From: Macrostomum lignano
Taxonomy: Eukaryota
Reading direction: 5' to 3'
NCBI GenBank assembly: GCA_002269645.1
Contig: NIVC01001350.1
Location: 62,001-126,000, forward strand
Length of the DNA stretch: 64,000 bases
In this document: positions 25,098 through 36,113 of the stretch, one piece after another
Numbering within the stretch: the stretch's first letter is position 1
How the letters are laid out: the number at the start of each line of letters is the position of its first letter
The notes under the pieces: model-generated
Seen by the model: only the letters and a program-made list of their open reading frames with translations
What the model was told of the DNA's origin: nothing
Database searches by the model: none
Translations under genes and position numbers: made by a program

Positions 25098-26087
25098 TTT
25101 CGCCTTAAATGTTGATCTTAAGCTTTATTTATTTGCTGAATTTAATTTTTCCTTATCACAGTATACTTGATTTATTGATTGAAGCTATTGTAAGAGTACC
25201 TTTGTTTAACTTTGGCTTGTATAAACATTAAAAGCATATATCATTCAATAGCAATATTCATTGTTGCTTCAGTAGCTGATTACACGACCTGTTTTGTCCT
25301 GCACTGGCGGACCCGTACGTACGTCAATATTAATTGCGTATCCTCTGCTGAATTTGCTCATCCACTCAATCCTCTTATTCGGGTTGGATGGCGAAGACTG
25401 CTTGAAATAAAATACACGCGCATTGCATTTTTCAAGTTTCCTCCCGAGGTGCCAGTGTGTTAGAGAGCTGGCTTGTAAATCAGTTTGCTTGTTATTGCAA
25501 TCTTCATGATTGAAGATTCATTGCTGCTCTTTAGGCCAGAAATAGTTCTAAAACCGAAACTAGCTCCGTCTACAGAACTAGATCCAGCTCCAGATTAAAC
25601 TTTGTTATTTCAAAGTAAAACACAACAGATACTTAACCCAAAAATACCCCATCAATCTACCTGTGCCTTTCTGTCCCTCCTGTAAGCTCTGGGCCTCTTG
25701 CCGTGTAGTAAGTACTAACAACTCATTTAAACCTATATACCTAACAAATAACTGCTCGACTTAAAAACAGACTGCATTTCACAACTTATCAACAGCCGAT
25801 CCAGATTTGACTGCCTTCCTAGGCGTATAATCATAAACCGAATATTTAACCGGACAAATTACTGTTGTACTTTTAGCGTTTTCAAAGTTCTTCAGCAGAT
25901 CAATAAATCTTCGTGTTGTATATATTCCAAAAAGAGTAGTCTAGATACCTAGGTTAAGCTTCTTACCTAATAATGTACTCAAAGACTGCTCATTGTTGAC
26001 ATTACTGCAAAACTGTTTCAGCTGCAGACAGGCCGCAAATTTATTTGCTGATTGACAATCTGCTTCAGAAAGTCGTGATGGCCCTGG

Positions 26088-27176
26088 ATGGCCCTGGATA
26101 CCTTCAACAGCATTGACACGTGGCCGTCTCTTCAAAATGGCTCGGACCCGCAGGACGAATTGGCTGTTCAGTCGGCCGGCCAAGTGCTGCAGGCATTCTG
26201 TAAGATGCCACCTAATGTGCAGAAAGAGTTCGCGGAGTACCCTGGCATTGTGAAGCTCGGCCTTGAAAAGTATGCCGAGTCAGGTGACGCTAGCAGCACA
26301 GTAGAGTGGATTGTCAGCCAGATTCCGTCAATGCTGTTTAGGCCAGATCGAACTGGGTACATTCCGATCGAAGCAGCACTGGAATCAGGCAATGGAGCTG
26401 CAGCGAGAATGATGCTGAATGAGGCTGAACGAGTTGGGTCGCTGGACAGACTGCTTGGATACAGAAATGCTCGGTATGGGCACACATTGATGATGCTTGC
26501 AGTGCATCTGAACAGCCGCGACTTTGCTGACATATTTGAGCGACTCCTGAATTTCGACCCCACGTCGGTACATCGTTGCTACGATTTGGACGGATGTAAT
26601 GTTTTTCACAGGTGCACAAAGTCAAAGTCTTGTACCTCATTGCAGATAATTTTTGGTCTTTTAATAAATCTTTCTAGTGTGTTTTTAAAAGATAAAATTC
26701 GCCACTTAAAGGATGCACTTGAAATGACTGACTCAAAGAAGTACACTCCATTACATTACATCGCGTTAGATGGGAATGTTGAAATGCTCGAGAGTCTTCA
26801 GCGATTCCTGCGTCATAAAAATATCAATATAAACTTTGATGCCTGCTTTAAAGACAGCAGATTGTTGACTCCGTTGATGCTGGGCGTGCAGAATGGCCAG
26901 TTTGAGGTGTGCAAGTGGCTGCTTGAGAACGGGTCAGTTGATGTTCACTTCAAGCAGCAATCGACCTGTCTGACAGCTCTGCACTTTGCGGTGAGAGCGG
27001 GAAACCCCGAGCTGATTTCTCTGTTAATGGAGCATGGCGCTGATCCTGAGTATATCGACAGCGAGTGTGATGGTGTTGAGGGCTACAGGACACCGTTGGC
27101 TGTAGCAGAAACTGAACACATTCCGAACAAGCAGGCTTGTATTCGATGTCTCCGCAGAGCTGAAGAATTTTTTTAA
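26088..27176 (+). CDS. Ankyrin-repeat protein B, intronless, 362 aa
   Basis: GHTLMMLAV, GCNVFHRC, YTPLHYIALDG, LTPLMLGVQNG, LTALHFAVRAG, KTPL-like motifs; open frame. Confidence 0.9.
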   Translation: MALDTFNSIDTWPSLQNGSDPQDELAVQSAGQVLQAFCKMPPNVQKEFAEYPGIVKLGLEKYAESGDASSTVEWIVSQIPSMLFRPDRTGYIPIEAALESGNGAAARMMLNEAERVGSLDRLLGYRNARYGHTLMMLAVHLNSRDFADIFERLLNFDPTSVHRCYDLDGCNVFHRCTKSKSCTSLQIIFGLLINLSSVFLKDKIRHLKDALEMTDSKKYTPLHYIALDGNVEMLESLQRFLRHKNININFDACFKDSRLLTPLMLGVQNGQFEVCKWLLENGSVDVHFKQQSTCLTALHFAVRAGNPELISLLMEHGADPEYIDSECDGVEGYRTPLAVAETEHIPNKQACIRCLRRAEEFF

Positions 27177-27725
27177 GTCTAGCCATTCTCTGCGATCCTT
27201 GAAACGAACAGAATCAGACCATCAAGACATTTGGATGACCAGCCAATTGTCCAGTCCTGCAGCCTGCTGTATTAAGCTAATTATGTACGATCGGCGTCTA
27301 TTTAGACTCGAGTTTGGCAAGAAACGTCTGTCATGGTCAGAGATGAAATTATTGGTGTATTTCAGGCTGGTCTTAAAATGCCTCTTGATTTTTGCTATGC
27401 CTGTTCGACAATAGAACTTTTAATTTTTCCTGTTGTTTTTGTTTCATTTGAAAATGCGTAAGCCTCAAGTAAAGCGAGTTTGTGCTCAAAATTTCCTGAC
27501 AGTAATGTTTTGTTAAAGCGCCAACACTGCCAAAGTCTCCTGATTGTTTTTTTTGGCACTCTTCTCTCAGAACAATGACACTTTGCTTCTATCAAACGTT
27601 TTAGGCCAATATAAATTTGACCTTGCGTTATATTATACCTTCTCAAAGAAGTTATAAGAGTTCTGATGTATATAATACTCTAGAAAGCTGTTAGCGTGAA
27701 ATACGTGTACACCACCTAGCTAAAA

Positions 27726-27805
27726 TTGGAATCGAACCGGGGTCATGCTGCCAGGAATGGTTTCTGTCCCTAGAGAGTTCCTCGACCCTCAGCCGGCCTG
27801 CCCAA
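27726..27805 (-). mobile_element. Possible tRNA-derived SINE head
   Basis: The minus strand has B-box CCCCGGTTCGATTCC and a weak A-box-like GGCTGAGGGTCGAGG upstream; no convincing cloverleaf. Confidence 0.3.
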
Positions 27806-28421
27806 GGCTAGACTCCACCCAATAGCTAGGCTGAGCAGAACCTCTTTTTATACTCTGCACTCTCGCCTAGCAAGCTTTCCGCTACACACTCCACACTTTC
27901 TACTTATCAGTAGACTAACTCTGCCAAACTAGTTTTATGGTCTATATAGCATTGTTCTCGAAATCATTGAAACAGGTACTTGTAAATTCACTTTAAGTGT
28001 GTCTATGTGTTCTGCAGAAGGTAAATTTACTTCTCTTCTTTTGCTGTACCACTTATTAAAGCATATATTTTGTCTTCAACTACAGATACGTCATAGATTC
28101 AGTGGGTTCTTTATTGAATTTTACAAACAGTGTGTTATTTAATGGTTCACCTTACCGAAGGGAAAATTTCGTCTTGTAATTTCATTAGTAAAATATATAA
28201 TTTTAATGTACATTTCAAGTTTAAGTTTTCAGTAGCTTTCCGACTAAAATTAAACTGCGCCGTTCATTCATTCGTTCAAACTAGGTCACAAGACTACTCT
28301 AAGCTGTAGCTTTTCATTTGCATCCCGACGATTAAGTTTTTTAGCGGTTGGATACACATCGAAGTTCACCAATTGAGGTCTCTAAAAAATTCCAGATTAA
28401 ATCCGTTTCGCACTGCGGTGA

Positions 28422-29543
28422 ATGGCAACAGAAACAGTGTTCTTAGTGGCTCCAATTGACAAGGGAGATGCCCTGAATGCCTTCAGCAGCATTGACACGT
28501 GGCCGTCTCTTCAAAATGGCTCGGACCCGCAGGACGAATTGGCTGTTCAGTCGGCCGGCCAAGTGCTGCAGGCATTCTGTAAGATGCCACCTAATGTGCA
28601 GAAAGAGTTCGCGGAGTACCCTGGCATTGTGAAGCTCGGCCTTGAAAAGTATGCCGAGTCAGGTGACGCTAGCAGCACAGTAGAGTGGATTGTCAGCCAG
28701 ATTCCGTCAATGCTGTTTAGGACTGATCGAACTGGGTACATTCCGATCGAAGCAGCACTGGAATCAGGCAATGGAGCTGCAGCGAGAATGATGCTGAATG
28801 AGGCTGAACGAGTTGGGTCGCTGGACAGACTGCTTGGATACAGAAATGCTCGGTATGGGCACACGTTGATGATGCTGGCAGTGCATCTGAACAGTCGCGA
28901 CTTTGCTGACATATTTGAGCGACTCCTGAATTTCGACCCCACGTCGGTACATCGTTGCTACGATTTGGACGGATGTAATGTTTTTCACAGGTGCACAAAG
29001 TCAAAGTCTTGTACCTCATTGCAGATAATTTTTGGTCTTTTAATAAATCTTTCTAGTGTGTTTTTAAAAGATAAAATTCGCCACTTAAAGGATGCACTTG
29101 AAATGACTGACTCAAAGAAGTACACTCCATTACATTACATCGCGTTAGATGGGAATGTTGAAATGCTCGAGAGTCTTCAGCGATTCCTGCGTCATAAAAA
29201 TATCAATATAAGCTTTGATGCCTGCTTTAAAGACAGCAGATTGTTGACTCCGTTGATGCTGGGCGTGCAGAATGGCCAGTTTGAGGTGTGCAAGTGGCTG
29301 CTTGAGAACGGGTCAGTTGATGTTCACTTCAAGCAGCACTCGACCTGTCTGACAGCTCTGCACTTTGCGGTGAGAGCGGGAAACCCTGAGCTGATTTCTC
29401 TGCTGATGAAGCATGGCGCTGATCCTGAGTATATCGACAGCGAGTGTGATGGTGTGGCTGACTACAAGACACCGCTGGGGATGGCACAGACGGAGGATAT
29501 ACCAAACAAGCAGGCTTGCATCAAAATATTGACGCGTTCATGA
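28422..29543 (+). CDS. Ankyrin-repeat protein C, intronless, 373 aa
   Basis: Nearly identical to B over most of the CDS; open frame. Confidence 0.9.
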   Translation: MATETVFLVAPIDKGDALNAFSSIDTWPSLQNGSDPQDELAVQSAGQVLQAFCKMPPNVQKEFAEYPGIVKLGLEKYAESGDASSTVEWIVSQIPSMLFRTDRTGYIPIEAALESGNGAAARMMLNEAERVGSLDRLLGYRNARYGHTLMMLAVHLNSRDFADIFERLLNFDPTSVHRCYDLDGCNVFHRCTKSKSCTSLQIIFGLLINLSSVFLKDKIRHLKDALEMTDSKKYTPLHYIALDGNVEMLESLQRFLRHKNINISFDACFKDSRLLTPLMLGVQNGQFEVCKWLLENGSVDVHFKQHSTCLTALHFAVRAGNPELISLLMKHGADPEYIDSECDGVADYKTPLGMAQTEDIPNKQACIKILTRS

Positions 29544-30871
29544 CAACCTTTGTTCAAGGTTGCGTTCGTTCAAGACGCCTTCGTTCTAGGAACTTAATAC
29601 ACTCGTACTGTATTTCACAAAGCTAATGACATCTGGTAATTTTTGTTTGCTTTTTACGAGCTAATCGCTGCAAGAAAGTCTGTTAGACAATATACATTTG
29701 AGTCAAGAGAGCAACTGCACTGCATGCAACCCAAGAGTCTTAGCTCGGACTCTTGAGTGAGCAGTTTCTGGGCTCCATGAGTCCATGCTCAAGAGTTTGA
29801 GCATGATTTGAAGATTGGTTTGAATAAGACTTTGATTATGCTCAAAGTGAATGCTCATTTTTGTAACGTTTTGAAAGTGTAAGTAAGACTTAATAACTGC
29901 AGGTAAATTTTTGTTTAAAAACTCATTTCGCCTTCTCATTTTAAGCCTATAGTTACTCAATTTGAGATTTTACTATTGAGCCACTGTACACCTAAATCAT
30001 ATATGTACACTGCCTTTTGTTAAGGATCCTTTCCCTTTTACTAATTACACAAGTACCACTAGAAATTACCGTTGTACAATGGTAAGGTAACTTCTAGCGG
30101 TCCTTGTAATTTCTCTGGAACAGTGTCTTTATTTATGAGTATATTATCTGCTATTTTATGAATTTCCATACAAATAATCCATATCTTGTATCGTAGCGAG
30201 TGTCCATTTAATGGATATTTACTTCGTTTTTGCTATTACTCTGCTTTCAGTTTGTTACTAGAGCGGTTTTCTGTCACTGAGTGGTAAAACCTTACTCTAA
30301 ATGTTTATCCTACTACTTGCAAAAAGGTATCGTATCGCTTAATTTATTTCGTCAAATTAAATTACAAACTTGTTTGGGATATCAGGTCCTCTGTTATATA
30401 TTGGGATTCACTTTTGCTTCACTTCCACTTGTGCTTGTTTACTTTTAAAAGAGTAGTTCGTAACTTCTAAAGTACATGTAAATTAGTTGATTCTTCACCA
30501 AAATCGCGACGGTTACCGGCAGTTTTGAAAATCGTAAAAAGTATGTGAGCTTCGTAGTTTCCATTCAAGCGCGCCAGTGTGACGCCTCATATATAAGTCT
30601 TCTAAGTGTGACTTTAAAATGCAGTGGTAGATTATTGATAATAATGGGTATTAGCCAGGTACGTGGTTCAATTAGGATCAGTCCTGTGTAATGTTACATG
30701 TAATATTTTTATTGTTTTATCGATAAATAATTTAACTAGCTTAGCAATTTTCAACCCTTCGTTTTCAGCGAAATGATGAATCAAAATTGACTGAGGCCAC
30801 GGAAGAGATAAATGACAAAAGTATCACTAATACCTGCCAGCCGTTAAACTAACTCCTTATAAATCCGTTAA

Positions 30872-32006
30872 ATGTCAACTGAAGATCATTCTAATGAACC
30901 GTTTCTTCAGGCTCCAGCTGACGATGCAGCTTTGGAGGCTCTAAACAGTATCGAATCTTGGCCGTCTCTTCGGGGTCATTCTTACAAACAAAATGAAATA
31001 TCGGTTGTTTCACCTGGGAGTGAAGTGAATACTTTTAGAAAATTGCTTACTTCTGTTCAAGAAGAGCTCGCCCAGTACCCGGGAATGGCGCAGCAGGCGT
31101 TCAGAAAGTACGCAGAGTCTGGCGATCCGAGACGCACAGTGAAGTGGTTTATCTATTGGATTCCTGAAATGCTGTTTAGAACGGATCAAAGCGGTTACAT
31201 TCCCATTGAGGCGGCATTTGCGTCGGGCAATGGACCTGCTGCAAGAGTGATGCTGGACATTGCAAAGCATGCGGGTACACTGCAACGGCTGCTTGCTTAC
31301 AGAAATCAATTATATGGACACTCTTTGATTATGCTTGCAGTGAAGCTGAACAGTCGAGATTGCGAGGACATCCTTCTAAAATTGATTGAATTCGATCCAG
31401 CAGGGCTGCATAGAATCTGCGACAATGAGGGTAGAAATGTGCTTCATAGGTGCACAGAGTTCGACTACTGTGAATCCTTTCGGATGATTCTAACCATTTT
31501 GAAGAGATTCCCTAGCGTGCACAAGGATCGAATCGCTACTGAAGCAAAGGCAGCGCTGGAGGTAGCGGACAATCGGGAGAAAACACCTATTCACTATATT
31601 TCTTCCTCAGGAAATATAGCAATGTTAACAGATCTTGATATATTTCTGACACATGCAAATCGTACTGAACTTTGATGCTTGCCACCAAAGCAGCTCGGCT
31701 TTCACTCCACTAATGCTGGCTGTGCAGAAGGGCCAGTTTGGGGTGTGCAAGTGGCTGCTTGAGAACGGGTCAGTCGATGTTAACTACAAGCAGCACTCGA
31801 CATGTCTGACAGCTCTGCACTTTGCGGTGAGAGCGGGAAACCCTGAGCTGATTTCTCTGCTGATGGAACACAACGCAGATCCTGGGTTTTGTGACAGCGA
31901 GTGCGATCTTCTCTGTTGCTACAAGACACCGCTTGTTATGGCAGAGACGGAGGACGTCCCAAATAAGCTGGCCTGTGTCAAGAGCTTAAGAACTTCTGAT
32001 ATATAA
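30872..32006 (+). pseudogene. Ankyrin-repeat gene D, frameshifted near 31652-31660
   Basis: ORF 30872-31675 continues in the +1 frame as 31653-32006 (..VLNFDAC..TPLMLAVQKG..TALHFAVRAG); spacing versus the paralogues favours a 2-nt deletion. Confidence 0.8.
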
Positions 32007-32901
32007 TGAGAAATGTATGTATAAGGCTCATACATTTAGCTACGCAATTTGTTTCAGTTAAGGAGCTTACTTTTATATAACCTGCTGATTCAATTTGTAC
32101 GAGCAAACCGGATTTTTGTTTGTAAAAATGTCGTCCTTATGTATGCGGTGTTGACAGTGCATTGTTTATACGAGCAAGAGTTTCGTGTCCCGAGATTGCT
32201 AGAATAGCTTACAGCTGAGACTGCTGAGTAGCTTTTCTATAATTTTTCAGCGGATTATTGCAGGAAAACAAAATTTATCCTGAATGCAACCCATCAAAAA
32301 ATTCGCTGTACAACCTAACAACATAGTCTGTGTATGTTATAAAGTGCTACTAATGTGCCTTTGATTGAAATTGAAAATATTTAACATTCTTAAGTTATTA
32401 ATCCCATTTGGTTTTACTCCTCTAAGAATAATTTCTCCTTTCTTTTTAGGTACACACCTTTAATCCCTTTCAAAGTTGCTCAAATAACATTTTTGTCTAA
32501 TTCGTTGAATTCCCAATTCCAAAAACTTATTAATACGAGTCAGTTTTTAAACTGAAACGTATGCAGGCGTGTGATTATACGGTGCTTTATGAATATATCG
32601 TTCACATGATATCAAAGTAGCTTGTGCGAACTGTCTCTCTGCAATAATACTTTCCTTCAGTTTCTAAAAAACTTCGTTTTCAAGTTAAGAAAAAGCAGCG
32701 ATGGTTCATAAAATATTGTTCACACTGCGATCAAACGAGTCATAAAAAATCGTAGTTACAGACTGTGTGAGCTCTCAAAATCAAGTGAAACGAATTCTTC
32801 ACATTTCAGCGCTGAAATCGCCATGATCTCCAATTGAAAAATCTGACAAATAGATTTCATCTAAAACGGCTTTCGGAATTAACAGCTACAAATTCTCTTG
32901 C

Positions 32902-34035
32902 ATGTCGGCAGATAAGTCAGACCGACCTTTTTTCGACTTTTCCTCTCTAGAAGCTCTTGATGTCTTCAGCAGCATCGACTCGTGGCCTTCTCAGCAAGGC
33001 GACTCGGGACCTCAGGATAAACTGTCTGATCAATCAGCTGGCCAAGTGCTGCAGGCATTCTGTAAGATGCCACCTAACATATAAAAAGAGTTCGCGGAGT
33101 ACCCTGGCATTGTGAAGCTCGGCCTTGAAAAGTATGCCGAGTCAGGTGACGCTAGCAGCACAGTAGAGTGGATTGTCAGCCAGATTCCGTCAATGCTGTT
33201 TAGGCCAGATCGAACTGGATACATTCCGATCGAAGCAGCACTGGAATCAGGCAATGGAGCTGCAGCGAAAATGATGCTGAATGAGGCTGAACGAGTTGGG
33301 TCGCTGGACAGACTGCTTGGATACAGAAATCCTCGGTATGGGCACACGTTGATGATGCTAGCTGTGCATCTGAACAGTCGCGACTTTGCTGACATATTTG
33401 AGCGACTCCTGAATTTCGATCGGACTATAATTTATCGCTGCTTCGACAATGAAGGCAAAAGTGTGTTTCACAGGTGCACGGAGCTCAGATTTGATGAGTC
33501 CCTTGATATAATTTTTTCCGTGATGAAGAATCGTATTCAAAGAAATTCCCAACAAATAGACTTGTCTCAAATTAAAGAAGCATTCGAAATGACTGATAGG
33601 AAGAAGTACACACCGCTTCATTATATTTCATCTGCTGGAAAGGTTGAAATGCTTGCTAGCCTGCATAATTTCTGTCGTAATGCCAAGCCACAATTGCAGC
33701 TAAATTTTGATGCGTGTTTTAAAAGCAGCAACTTATTGACTCCGTTGATGCTGGGCGTGCAGAAGGGCCAGTTTGAGGTGTGCAAGTGGCTGCTTGAGAA
33801 CGGGTCAGTTGATGTTCACTTCAAGCAGCACTCGACCTGTCTGACCGCTCTGCACTTTGCGGTGAGAGCGGGAAACCCTGAGCTGATTTCTCTGCTGATG
33901 AAGCATGGCGCGAATCCTAAATTTCGTGACAGCGAATGTGAGGGTCTGGATGGCTACAAGACACCGCTTGATATGGCTGTGACGGAAGAAATTCCCAACA
34001 AGGAGGCCTGTCTTCGGTGTTTAAGAAGGCTTTAG
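32902..34035 (+). pseudogene. Ankyrin-repeat gene E, premature TAA at 33082-33084
   Basis: 32902-33084 and 33112-34035 are in frame; the TAA replaces the Q of PPNVQKEF seen in B and C. Confidence 0.8.
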
Positions 34036-34257
34036 CTTTTTTAGAAATTCTTGTTACTATAATGTTTTTAATGTTGCATCTAGTAATTATATTATCTGTG
34101 CTTTTGTAAAAAAAAGCCTTCAGTAGTCAGCTCATGAAATAATTGGAACCTCTTCAGCTTATTGACTAAGAATTTTTTATCTGAACAGTAATTCGCCATT
34201 TAGACGTATCTCCGAGTATCAACTATATTGTAACTACTAATAATTGTCGACAAAGGG

Positions 34258-34695
34258 GATGTGAATTTGAGAGTCAGAATGGAGCCCGAAACATTGGGTC
34301 CCGATTTCTCTACGCCAATCTCTTCATTTGGAGCTTCAAGTGCTTAAATGACGAGATGACCATGATTAACGCTCTTTGTCGAGTTTCCCCACCTTGATGG
34401 AGACATAAATAGCGTCAAAGGGGGCCGGTTTGTATCACACATTTTAGACAGACGATTTCTACCTCGTCGAAGTGGAGTTTAACCGACGTTCCGAGACGGA
34501 GGGTGGTGAACATCATTTTCGCACTTTTATATCGTGAAATCCCCATTTATCCCCTTTCTCCCCATAGAGATTCCCAGATTCTAAAGTGGTCGGTTTTTGG
34601 CATAACGGGAGCTATTTGGCTCCGAATGAAGGGATTGGCGTGGAGAAATCGGGACCCAGTGTTTCGGGTTCCATTTTGACTCATGAGTTCACATC
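34258..34695. mobile_element. MITE with about 75-bp imperfect TIRs
   Basis: GATGTGAA..GAGTCAGAATGGAGCCCGAAACATTGGGTCCCGATTTCTCTACGCCAATC.. is mirrored at about 34620-34695. Confidence 0.8.
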
Positions 34696-36113
34696 ATCTT
34701 TCCTTTCTTTGATTTAGGTGTAAGTTAGTCTCTTAAGAATTGTCTGTATGCTTTGAAAACGTTTAAGTGCCTCCGTGCTCATTAAAACATTTGAACCTTG
34801 TAATTTTTATTTGCCAGATTGCACTTCGTATTTTGTTTTTTTCGTGGCTTTCATTCGCCAAAAAAGCGTCTCAAAGCACGGTTTGAGCTGCATGGCATGA
34901 AAATCTGTCACAGTCCGTCATGCTTTCTGACCTAGCAGCTGTAAAATGTGTTCAACTGTCTATCAAACCTGTGTTCTGTCTTCCGATAAAACATTGAAGC
35001 ACTAAGTTATTAGTAATTAATTTGGGTAACGCTAATAAGTGTGTATTATATAGAAAATAATAGTCACGAGCTTTCGATACGCTTTGAATTTAAAAACAAT
35101 AATTGGTCGTATTGACAGAAAAGTTTGAATTATTTGGTATTGTTTATATTTAAGTATGCCTTTTGACAAAAAATACCAAATAACAAAGCCAGATAAAGGC
35201 GCGATTGGGTTGAGAGTTAACGCTATTAGCTTAATGTGACTATGGGAACTTCCAGCGATCGTGTGGCGCGGTAGCACCTGAATCCTAGGCGAACTCAGAT
35301 TAATGCAAATTGAGTTTGAATCCAACTTCTAATGAGCTAATCAATGTATATATAGTCGTAGTGACCTACGCAGATATATGAAGTTACTATCGATCTATCA
35401 AGTCAAATGTATGGAGTGCAATAGGCAACGGCCACTCGCTCTGAGCTCCGCACGACGCACGCTTGGAAAGAAACCCGATTCAATAAATTGTATTTTATAT
35501 AAAACGCAACCCTTAATTAGTAAAACAAATGTCAGCCAAGTTGCTACGCTACTTGCAAACTTTTCTTAAGCAACGCAAGAAGATGTTAAATTACATATTT
35601 TAATAGATGCTCCAAAGATTACAGAAAGCAATAAGTGATTAACCCTCAAATAGGATAACGACCAAAGTGACACCGTCACAGCCTCCTCTTGCTTCTATGC
35701 TGGTGTATTACTTAATTAACCCTCTAAATTAAAACTTCATTTTTTGTTTTGCTCACAGAAAATTCAAGGAGTACTACTAATCCGGGAATTTCTGAACTTC
35801 TATGGGATGTGATGCCGATTTTTAAAATGCTAAGTAGCTAGTCTAATCCTCTGGCTGAACAAGTCAGTAGAAATATCAGCGAATTCATGTAGATAAATGC
35901 TTGGATCATTTTGTTTATTAAATTGTAATAGAGATGCGTATTTTCTGCGCTCTTGGTATTGTAAGTGCTGAGGAATCTATAGCTACCGCATGCAACTGTT
36001 GATAAAAAAGTAGCTTGGGTAAGTATACATGTATCTTTGTTCTTTGCTCTTCATTCAGTTTAATATTCCATTTTCAGCGAAAACTACCCTATCGCGGTTA
36101 CTGGAGGCTTTTA

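Larger units (their letters stand above)
24450..25132. repeat. 683-bp foldback (inverted repeat; arms about 321 and 327 bp, 35-nt loop), probably Penelope pLTR or retrozyme derived
   Basis: 24450-24770 is the near-perfect reverse complement of 24806-25132, including a (GA)n/(TC)n tract; the loop is 24771-24805. Confidence 0.95.

Noticed and set aside
29730-29812. Two short hairpins (CAAGAGTC/GACTCTTG; ATGCTCAA/TTGAGCAT) as a possible Helitron 3' end
   Set aside because: No appropriately spaced CTRR terminus or 5' TC end could be identified.
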